Positions 25,730-37,811 of a DNA stretch of 64,000 bases are shown one piece after another. Numbering within the stretch: the first letter of the stretch is position 1; the number at the start of each line of letters is the position of its first letter. Position numbers and translations under genes: made by a program. Location of the stretch: assembly GCF_037042905.1 (NCBI RefSeq), contig NC_087255.1, positions 17,856,001 through 17,920,000 of the forward strand, in the 5' to 3' direction. A model generated the notes under the pieces. That model was not told the origin of the DNA. It searched no databases and saw only the letters and a program-made list of their open reading frames with translations. Source of the DNA: Lytechinus pictus (Eukaryota).

Positions 25730-28700
25730 TTTCTAAGCACACCTGGGGATTATTCAATCAACATTTTTCGTTGATAAGTTGTCCGACTTGACAATTTTCC
25801 TGGTTTTAACTGACTGGGAAGCACTTGTCGGATAAAACGTCCGACAAGTCCTTTAATGCAATGCTCCCCAGGGGAGCATTTCATGACATAAATAGTTGGT
25901 GTTTCTCACTGACAACTGTTAAAAGCTACTGAAATCCTGACATATGATTGGCTCTGAGCAAATTAGAGAGTGAAACGTCACTTTTAAAAATCCCTAATGA
26001 AAGTACTGTAACACTCCCTTTGTCTCTTTCTTCTTCATCTCAGGCTGTGCTTGGAGGAGCCAATGTTGTTGAGGAGAATGCCTTTGTAGATCAGCTCTGG
26101 AATGACGTCAAGGAGAAATTCAAGTTTGCACATGAGGTAAGGGGATATCACATCAGGGCCCCGTCTTACAAAGAGTTTGATTCGAGTTTGGATCAATCAT
26201 AACTATCATAACTCTTTGTAAGACAGGGCCCAGATACTACAGAGATATTTGAAATGATCATGGTTAGGATCGATTAAGTTTTAAGATTTTAAGGAATTGT
26301 CAATTGTATCATTATTTCATTTCTAGCAATTGCTTAGGTATCTGTGTTTTTGAATATTTAGAAAACATGTCACATATTTCTGACACATACTCATGTTAAA
26401 TTTTTTTTTAGAATGTTATTATTTTCCAAAAACTATGTGGACATCTTTGAATGTAACAAAATTTCTTCCTTCATTTGTGGAGAAATGAGGAAAGAAAAAG
26501 GCAAGTGAATGAAAGAAATTTGGGCTTTGTTAATGCTTTATGCTTCACACCTATGGAGGACACTCCATGAAAGTCGTCAGCATGGACTAAAATGTCAGCT
26601 AGGACATTTCAAGGAAATCCTTGGTTTCAATTGGCTGAGAAACAATGGTCTCTGATGGTTACTATTGTAACTGCCAGGGATTGACATCTTGTCAGAGCCG
26701 ACAAGCTCCATGAAATTGTGTGCTATGGATGGAGGTTTTGGACCTCATCTGTGTATTAATCCTTACATGCCATCATGGTAAATGTTTGAAATTTTATTTT
26801 ACTTTACAGGTAGAAGCAGAGTTAGCACAAAAGCAACAGGAAGGACAGGAGCAGCAAGGTGAGAAACCGTACCTATGATTTTATTATTATATTATTATTT
26901 GTTTGACGTCACTAGTGCCTGGCAAGTGAAAAGCAAACTGAATCACTATGACCTGCAGGTCTCTCCTCCAGGTATAAACTGATTGGGGGAGTGCAGGTGG
27001 ACTTCTACCCTACTTATCCAAATAATGCATTGGGTGACTCTCCTCTACATGGGGCATCCATTTAACGTCCTATCCAAGGGATGGAGTGTTTCCACTGCAT
27101 CTATGGAGCAGGAGAGGGACATGCTTACACACAACCAACACAGGCCTCAGTCATTCGCCCGGGTTTGGTTTTGACAGGCAGACAATCTACCAACTGAGCT
27201 AACTCGCACCATCATTATTTTTCTATGCATTTTCAAACTTAAAAAGAAAATGAAATATGGTTATAACACGAGTCAAAATGGATGATACTAGAAAAAATGT
27301 AATGATAAGTTGCTGATCTGCATTTTCAAGTGGTGAAAATGTGAGCAAGGTGGGAAGCCTTACCTGTGATTTAGTCCTCTTATCACTGTTGATAGAGGGA
27401 CAATGCTATAACGTATGCTGCTCTTACTCATCAAATTGGCAATTAATTAACTATTCATTTTTATACTTAAAAATGAAATAAGGATATAGCATGAGTTAAA
27501 ATGAATGAGGAGGCATGATAGCTCAGTTGATAGAGCAGGGTTTTGGATTCCGGTATTAACCCAGGTTTGATTCTCACTCGATGCCCCTGTGTCCTTGTTA
27601 AGCCTTAGGCTTGGCTCATTTATGAGAAGTGCTTCACCTATTCCCTATATTTAAGTGAGTTTTTTAAAAGCTTATTAACAATTCTGAAAAAAAATCAAGA
27701 AGTCTACATGCTTTCTTTGGGTTATCATTCATGTAATGTTGGATCCACCTCTGATTTAAATGGAACTGGTTTACAGATCTCATTGTTTTGATTCGCATTA
27801 CTCATTGTAACACGATATAACGCTTTTAATCCAGGGTCCCGTATCACAAAGGTTAGTGATTGATCGCTTGATATTTATGATTGATTGTATATTGTAGTCA
27901 ATAAAATCAATCATAAAGATAGTCATCTACGATGATTCTAAGCTTTGTGTTACAAGCACCAGAACATGAATGCAACCATTTTGTGACTTGTGACTTGTTT
28001 GTGAAATGAAGCACACAGATGACTATATATGATTATCCTTATATCCATTCCAATTTTGTTGCCATTTTTCATTTTAAAGTGCCTTTCATTATATATCACC
28101 GATTCAGAAGAACCTGCTGCCTTTGAGAAAAACGATTTCGAGGATGATGACGATTTCGATGACGACGTCGAAGACGAATGGGCGGAGGATGAGGAGGACG
28201 AAGACATCTATGAAGAGGAGGATGATGAAGATGATTTTGATGATGATGTGACGGAGGAAGAACGTGACACAATGCGTCAAAGACGGCTGGATAGAATGGA
28301 TAGATTATCTAAAAGGAAGCAAGAGATGAAGGATTCTAAGACTTCCGATGACCAGATGCCTGATTATGATGAGGCTACTCAAGCCCTAATAGCAGGTGAG
28401 TATAGGCCAATAGAAATGCATATTTTTAAATTTGACTTTGGATGTTAGCAGATCTCTTTATTTGTCATTTTTCTGTGTAATAAGATGGCTATGATCTATG
28501 TTGTTATTGCAACTGATCTTTTTAGACTGGGCCCTTTTGCATGAAATTTACCATTATGGTAACTTTGCCATCTTATGGTAACTACCATGGTAACGCTGAT
28601 CAACAGCCAATCAAAATCATTGATTCCATGCAAGTTACCATTGCATGGCAAAGTCACCATCATGGTAACTTTTATGCAATATACTAGTATATTACAGGTT

Positions 28701-31700
28701 GCCTGGCCGGCAACCAAATAAAAACGTTCTCTCTTTGGCTGCCAGCCGGGCAACCTGTAATATACTTTTACATGTAGTATACTAGTAATATACTTTAGGT
28801 TGCCTGGCTAGCAACTAAAGAAGGAAGTTAAGTGAGAGCACTGGTTGTGTTTGTTTATATTACATGTACATGGATTCTAAAATTCCAAGGCTGTGTGGAT
28901 ATGGTATTTGGAATCATGCCCTTTTGCCCCCCTCCCCCGGCTCTCTGCATGTTGTACTATCTTCGTATTGAGGCTATATGGAGATCTGCTGTTGAAAGCC
29001 ATATTTGTTTTTATAAATTTCTTTTTATATGAATGACTTATATACATAAATATGTCATGACAGATTAAATAATCTTAGTTCAGTTTATAAATACCTATTT
29101 CTCTCTTTGACAATTCAAATGATCATAATGATCATTGTTTCTGATTTCTGCCGAATTAAAAAATTAACCTTGTTTTATTATTTTAAAAAAATAAATGTTG
29201 TTAAATCTGTGTTCATATGTGGTACATATTTTATGGAATTACAATATACATTATATTTGTGACAAGGGGGGGGGGGAGGGGGAGGTTGATGATACGTATT
29301 ATATGGAATTACCCTAGATGCATGTGACTAATGGATGGGTGGAACATATTGTATAGAATAACCCTGTGTATGTGATAGGGTAGAAGGGGTCGGTGGTATA
29401 AATTTTAAGGAATTACAACATGACATAATATGTTTTACTTATCCAGCTGCTGACCAAGCCAGGAATGAATTTGAGGAGGCTGAGAAAACTTTGAAGAATA
29501 TTGAGAGGTCTGTCGGGGACATAGATAAGCAGCTGAAAGTAGATCTAGGTCCAGACCAGGCGTTCCAGGCTCTACAAGGACAATGTTATGAGTACACCGA
29601 TAGAGAGTAAGATCTCCATGTAGTTTTATTCATTACTTTCCAATTGAAGTTGAATCCAACCTCGGTGATAAAAATGGTGTATATTAGAGGAGAAGAGTGA
29701 ATTTTATGTAATTTTAGAGACAGTTGATAGATTTAATTTGAAGGATTACATTGTAAGGTTACTATTGAATCAAAGGATAAGCAAAGAATTTGAAAAAAAA
29801 GAAGTCTGACTAGATTATGTGACAGGTAGTGTATTTGGCCAGATTCACCTCACACTCACAGAGATCACCCTCATCCCATCCCTCCACTTAACTCTATTGG
29901 GTAATTCCATGCTTGTCGTACGGGACATTTAGACATTTGTTTGTCTCTTAACTAAATGCTTGAGCAATAAGTTTTTCTTTTTTGTCCCTAAGACATGCAA
30001 CATTTTCACCTCTAATTCACCCATGAACAACATATTTTTGTTGGTTGTCATGTTTTTACATGACTACCTAGTAGTATTTTATTATTACCACAAGACAAAT
30101 TGAAATTCCTCATTTGTTTGGACAGCAGCTTGAAAAGTGTTGTAAAAATGACTTTTCTAGCATGGAATCGCCCTATTCGTGCATCATCTACCCACAATCC
30201 AACCCGACTACTCTCCTTCCTTCCATGTCTTCTTCGGTCACCCCCTTCCCCTTTGTCCAACCACCTCTTCTAAGTCAAATGTCAGACAGATTTCTCGAGT
30301 TCTCAAGAGAGTTGGTTTTATATGCAGAATCCCCTTTATGATCAAGCACCTTATCAGTGATATGGTCAGGTTGGTTAGGTGCTACAATGTAAGTTTTTAT
30401 GCCCCCACCCCCCACCCACCGAAGAAGGATGCTTGATTGTTTTTGCTACCTTTATATTTCATTTCCCTTTCTTTTTCAGATACACATACAAGTTGTGCCC
30501 TTTTGAAAAGTCTTCGCAAAGATCTAAAAATGGAGGTTCAGAAACTTCTCTTGGGTAAGTTCAGCATGATGATAATTAAAAAAAATTGTGTTTTTTAATA
30601 GCAATGATTCCATTTTAAAAGTCACCCAACAATATTTTGGATTAATCTGTAAATAAAGCCCTGAGCAATTGTTGCCAGAGCAAATGTCGTGCCACCCCTT
30701 ATACATATTGCTATTAGAAGAGTTATTTGGGGAACGTAACACAAAGATTAGTGATTAATTGTTCATACATGTATGAGTTTCACATCTGACTGTACATTTT
30801 AATATAATCAATCATTGATCAATTGTAAGTAGCTTTGTGTTATATTACTCTGTCATCCATATTTTATTTAAATATAAATGTTTTTCCCTCCATTTTTGTC
30901 TCACCTGCATAGCAGAGTGAGACTGAACATCTTGTGCGAATTTCAGGTCACATGACAAAGGTCAAAGGTCAATGAACTTTGTCCATTTTTGGGGTATCTG
31001 TTGAATTACCATCATAACTTTGAACGTTTATGGACCTGATTCATGAAACTTAGACATACATGTAAGAGTAATCAAGTATCACTGAACATTCTGTGCCAGT
31101 TTCAGTTCACATGACCAAGGTCAAAGGTCATTTAAGGTCAATAAACTTTGGCCATGTTGGGGGTATTTGTTGAATTACCATCATAACTCTGTAAGTGTAT
31201 TGGTCTAGTTCATAAAACTTGGACATAAGAGTAATCAAGTATCATTGAACATCTCTTGCGAGTTTGAGGTCACATGACCAAAGTCAAAGGTAATTTGAGG
31301 TCATTGAACTTTGGCCATTTTGGAGGTAATTATTAGATTGCTGTCATAACTTTTAAAGTTTATAGATATAGTTTATAAAATGTGGATATAGGGGTAATCA
31401 AGTACATGTATCACTGACAAGTCTTAGGTCGCATGATCAAGATGCAATGTCTATTGTCAATGAACGTAGTATTGTATCATTATATGAATGGTGTTTTTTT
31501 GTGAATAATTATTTTATAGTAGTTTTCAAAGTCAGCACTGCTGCTATATTGAATCGCGTGATGCAGGTTAGACTGCCAGAGGTGCTCCACTTGTTTGTGA
31601 TGTCATCACTTTGGTACTCTATTGCACACTGAGAAGGAAGGCATTGATTTAACCCAATGTAGAAAAGTTACCTTAATTAGCCATGCCAAGTTATCTAGAA

Positions 31701-34700
31701 GTCATGAATGCTTGAGCGCCTAGGCAGCTCAGCTAAAGCCGGGGTAATAATAATAGCAGGGCCCGCTGGTAGAACAGTTTTCGAAACTGAAGTGGTTACC
31801 CTGGGTAAATATACCTATATTATTATTATGATGAAAATATTAGAAGATCTCACACACCTGCATAAAATGTAAATGTAGACACTCTAAAATCAATATTTAC
31901 ATGTATTTTGCTACCCACAATATAAATGGTCTTTATCAAAACTGAATATAGTTAATTATAAAAGAAAATAGATGTTTTGCATATTGATGATGATGTACCA
32001 GCATATTATCACCCATGACATAATAACATACATAACTTTTTCCATTATATCACTGAAACACTTGTATGGTATACAAGTGATTCACTGAAATAATTTAAAA
32101 GGTATAGATTAATTTTAACAAAAGTGAGCATTGTTGCATCAGGTTTGGACAAACCTGTATACGTAGCAGTATTAGATATGAAAACGTGTATGCACATGAA
32201 CTTCAAGCATATATGTACTATAAGTTTCGGAATATCCACCCAAAGTGAATATATGTCAACATTCTAATCTATATGAATGGGAATGCCTGAATACAGATGT
32301 GAAGACAGATATAAAATAAATTTGTGTTTTACTGGATAAGTTCTAAATTTTTTTTGAAAATAAGAAATCACTTCAAACAAAAACTTTAAGGAAAGAGGCC
32401 ACTAGATATTTAAAAATTCAAAGTTAAATGTTCACCAAGAATCAATGGCTGAAAAAGCAAAGTTTGAAGGCCTCCACACTTCTGTAAGATTGGAATTTTA
32501 AGATGATAATCAAATATGATTCCCATTATTTAACCCCTTTAAAAACAAATTGTATACAGGCTAAAACATGCACGAAAGTCTTTCCTCCAGGGAGAGTAAA
32601 TACATTATAAAAAATTAGTACTTTTATTTGTATAATACACGTTACTACAAATAAACAATTTCAATTTTTTTTTAAACCCTTTAAAAAAAAATTGTATACA
32701 GGCTAAAACATGCACAAAGGTCTTTCCTCCAGGGAGAGTAAATACTAAATACAATATAAAAATAAGTACTTTTCTTTGTATAATACACGTTACTACAAAT
32801 AAACAATTTCAATGATTCTAGAGCAAACCAAGTATGTAATTATAAAGACTTATATTGATTGTAAGATTTCCATTTTTGTAATATAGCGTCAAATAATATC
32901 AGAAATACTTGATTTGCTGCATATTTTAACTGGCCTGCTTAAATTAAATGTAGTATTCTAGCTCTGCTAACTTTCCTTACAGCTGATTTAGGGCACTTTT
33001 TCCGATATTTATATATAAATGAATGAAGAGAACAATGATAGGAGTGGCTTAAATCAAGGTTCCCCAGAGCTACATGTATCTGCCCTTTGGAAAAATTGGT
33101 GATAGCCGAAAAAATGTCTCTGCTGGGAATGAAACCCGGGCCTCCAGCTTTGAACGCCGGTGCCTTAACCACTAGACAACAGAGACGGGTTAGTGGCTAG
33201 GGCAATCCCGATCCGATTGACCGTCAGATAGACAGATTTTCGACACTATACCAATTGTAATTTCCTTTGTCGGGTGTAGGTGGGTTTTGAATAATGACAA
33301 GTTGCCATGCCCCAGCTGGATCAAAGCTATTGCTGATACCCGTTTAGATCTACCGAAAATCTAGAGTGCCTCCGGAGGCTACCGCAGGTTGTTCTAGATG
33401 AGTCAATAGATTTAAATGGTCTCGGCACAAAGCACAAATCTGAGGGAATCGTGAGGGATAATACACTCTAGACAGTCTAGCACATTCGCGAGATTACACG
33501 GCGTGATCCACTGTTGGACTGTAGATCTAAATGGTCACGGCATAAACGCAGCATAGAAAACGGAAGTCCTTTATCTGATCACATGGTCTCGATCGTTGTG
33601 CAGCGAGCGCTTTCTCTCTTGACTGACATTGACCAACGGAAAAAACAAAGAAGAGAAGAAAAAATGAAAGAGAATCAAGATGTAATTATAAACAAAGAAA
33701 TGCATAAGAAAATTGATGAAGAAGATGGAAGAAGAAATGAAAAAAAAGAATTACATGAGAAATTGTAGAATAAAAACGGAAAAAGGAGAAAACAAAGGAA
33801 TGCATTAGATTTCGTAGAAAAAAAGAAAGAAGAGAATAAAAAATGAGACCAGATGTAATTATAAACAAAGAAACTTGATTAAAAAGATGAATGAAGAAAT
33901 GAAACAAAGAAATACATAAGAAATTATAGAAAAGAAAGCAGAGGAAGGAGAAAACAAAGAATTACCTAAGATTACATAGAAAAAAAAAGATAAAAGAAGA
34001 AAAAAAAAGAAAGATGGATCAAGACGTAATTATAAACAACAAAATACAGAAGAAAATGTTAAAACAAGGAGACACATAAAAATTATTAAAAAAAAAAGAA
34101 GATATATATAAAACCAGAAAACTACATAGAAGTTGTCGGAAAAGATTTAAAAAAAAAGACAAATGTTTCAGAATTGATTGAGTGCACGTTTTCCCCTCAC
34201 TGGAATAGGTGCAATCACAGTGCATCTTGCAAGTACTGCAGACATTTGTTCTAATCTAAACGGTCCTTGCATGCGTACCTCTTGTAATGATAAGGAATTT
34301 CATGCCTAGTTCGTTCCAGATGATTGTCTAGTGTGACACTAGACAGAGACAGATCTAAACAGGGTATTAGATACAGTACATGTATGGGAGAAATTACATG
34401 TATACAAATGTGAGAAATTATACATAGACAACAGCTTTGGTAACTCTTGTATTTAAAATGTATGTTGTGAAATGAATGAAGAGAACAATGGTAGGCGTAG
34501 CTTGAATCAAGTGTTGGGGCCGATGTCGGCCGCAACCATTCACTCCTCAAGGGCGACAAGAGAAGAACAGATGAGAGCGAAGAGACAGGCAGATAATGTC
34601 ATCATGAGTAATTGTTACAAGTTGTATCATCAGTTATCAGACTTCTGTACAAATAAGCAGTTTAATATAAGTAAATTGGTATGGAATATCAATTGTAGTT

Positions 34701-37023
34701 ATGTAACCAAACATATATACAATCATCATATTATAACATTATAAATTGTCGTAATACAGTATACATTATCATACAATATTATACATGTCAACTTCATATT
34801 CCGGAATGGAAAAACACCTGAAATTATGACATCAAAGTATTACTCCGATGGTTATATGTTAGAATTTGGCATAAATCGCAAGATTAAATAACTCACCCTA
34901 GTATAATAAGGTCCCAGGAATATACAGTGCGTATCAAAAAAAAGTTTACACTTTGAAAAAGCCCTGGGAATTAAAAAATATACAACATGTGGGTCATTTT
35001 TTCACATATAATCTTGGGTTAGGGTCTCATCTATCAAATGAAAGTAAAAGTTTTGACAGAATGTTACACTTGAGTGAGCACTGTCCATTTTTGTAAAGCT
35101 CGCAGAAATCTGTTTGCGCAGAAATGCTTGTTTTTACGCTGTGTCAAGGGGAAAGGGCGAAATCAAACTTACCCTACGAAGCATTTCTCATAAATTTCCC
35201 TAGCACTTTTAGCCAAATGAAATCAAACGGATACATTCAAGCATTTTGTAACAATTTTGCCGCCCTGCTTTCTAAATTTCAACATTTAGTAAGCACAACC
35301 TTTACCCTTTTTGTGCCAGCTGGATCTGAGGACATAACTGAATCTGAACAAAAGTTTGTATCAGACATCTCCAGCATTTTTCACTAAATTTTTATCATTT
35401 AAAGTGGGTTTTCATTTTTCATTTCATACTTGTTTCTCCACACTTTTCCCAAGCTTGACAATGATTAAAAGAATGGAAATCAAGCCTAAGCCATTTCATG
35501 TAGATCACAGCTCAGTGTAAAACTAATATCGTCACGATGGCCTCAGTGTGTGGAGGAGTGGGGTGGGGCGCGATGCACTCTTCGAAGTATTTTGGGCAAG
35601 GAAACAAGTTTAAAAAGGTAGAAGATATCTTCAAATAAATTTTACTAGCTAAATTCCATGTGTTCTTTATGATTAAGGTCTACTTTTATTCGCATAACTA
35701 TTTCAAAGTTCTGCGCAAATCATTTTTCATTAACTTTTCAAAAGTAAGTGGTGCTCACTCAAGCGGAAATATTTTTCGACAGTTATATCGTCATTTGCTT
35801 AAATGGATCTGTACCAATGCTCAAATGTGGAAAAATTGTCAAAATATTACAAATATGTAATTTTACAGGATTTTTTCCAAGTGTAAACTTTGTTCTGATA
35901 CGCACTGTATATCTCCTGGTCAGCTGCGTCCATGGTGAACAGCCATGAATAACCAACAGCCTCTATATCAGCAGCTATAAAAAAGGAATAGATCCGTTAT
36001 CTTCTTTGTATTTCAACATATAAATCGTTACTTCCAAAAAAGAAACAATTAATTTTGCAAAACCCAACTGGGTCTGATACTTAAAACTAAGCATCAATCT
36101 AAATATTGTAAGCAAAGATCGCAAAGAGTACATAATTATACATTCCATCATTTGGTGAATGAATTTATTCAATTTAAACATGTCATATAAAAAATGCAAA
36201 GTGATTAAATATCATCACTGTCAATCAAATAAGCTGCATGAAATATTGAGCAGTTTATTTTGTGGTACATAGTGAATATTGATGTGTGTTCCAAGATTCA
36301 AAAGTAATAAACTGGATACATAACGACACACTCCAAAATGTAAAACAGTGTGTTTTCTAACACTACTTTGTCTGGGTAGAAATGAACATTTCCATAAAAA
36401 TAAGACTATTTTTCGAGTAGCAAGATCATTCCTATAAATTCCAGCAAAGTAAAACATACATCAGATAAAATTTAATTAACATACATGTACCTGGTAAATA
36501 ACTGCAAACATACATTCAAAAGCTAATGTGCAGCTTCCAAAAGAGTGAACAAGCCGCGACAACTTCATTTTGTGTTGTGTGCGCAGCTACAGGGCCTTGC
36601 CTAATATATCTCCGCATTTAAATATTCATGACGTCACATTTCAATGCATCAAAATATGATATGCTAGTAAATATAAAGTTATATCAACATTAATGTGGAA
36701 TAAATATATATATATTTATAATATGAATTCCATAATATATGTCCAACAATTGCATAGTATTATATGTTTAAAACATGATAAAGGGGAGGACTATTTTTAC
36801 TCGGTGGGATGACACTAGACTCACGTGACCAAAAAGTGATTAGGTTTTGCGGTCTGTGATAAAATTTTACCACACCCGAATTGGTTGTAGGGTGGTAAAA
36901 AATAGACAAATCAAACAGGAAAAATTAGAAATTAGTTTGGTCACTACACAAGTTTCCCCAGAGCTATCTGCCCTTTTGAAAGATTTGTGATGCCAAAAAA
37001 ATGTCTCTGCCGGGAATTGAATA

Positions 37024-37063
<40 letters not shown>

Positions 37064-37777
37064 CATGTATATAAATTCCTCAAAAAAGTTTGGAAATCTG
37101 ACTTTGATCGATAATCCCTCCTTGGTTTAAGTGAATATTAGTATGTGATTGATACCAATAGATAGATCAGTTAATTCTTTTTAAAATGATACCCTACATG
37201 ATACGATTATGGTTCACATGGAGGTGCATTGCCTTGAAATGTTGGGCAAAATCAAAATTCAACAGTTGCAAAATGACTCAATATTGAAAGTCACTCATTT
37301 CTGTGGTGATGAGTGAGCTTCTCAGCAGTTTCTTTTTTCATGCACCTTAACATCAACATTAACATGAAATCATACACACCTCTGCACAAGCAAACGCATA
37401 ACAAACAAACGTCCATGGGCATTTCAAACCATGTTATCTCACAGAACCATCACTACATAAACCACAACAAAATATCAAAATGAAAAAGCAGGGGCTAGAT
37501 TTGACTGGAGTTTCATCTCTACTGTATTGACACAGACAAAAAGAATCATGTTCTTTACAGACCCTTCATGACTATTTCTGCTTGTTTTGCAGCTTTTCAA
37601 TTCAGACTTCTAACACTTTTGAATCCCTCTTTTTCTGTGATGGCATGATCATAACAAGCATGGTATCATTTTAAAGAGAATTAAATGATCTTTCGGATGT
37701 AACCAAATTTACGTTGTGTAAAATTGGGAGCACGGAGAAATTAATGGCCAAACTCAGATTTCAAAACTTTTTATGAG

Positions 37778-37811
<34 letters not shown>

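Noticed and set aside
33115-33186. Selenocysteine tRNA
   Set aside because: TCA anticodon, but standard 7/5 stems and a 4-nt variable loop; lacks the long variable arm and extended acceptor-T helix of tRNA-Sec.
34464-34738. Solo LTR (TGTTG...TAACA)
   Set aside because: Plausible ends but no matching TSD and no second LTR or internal domain.
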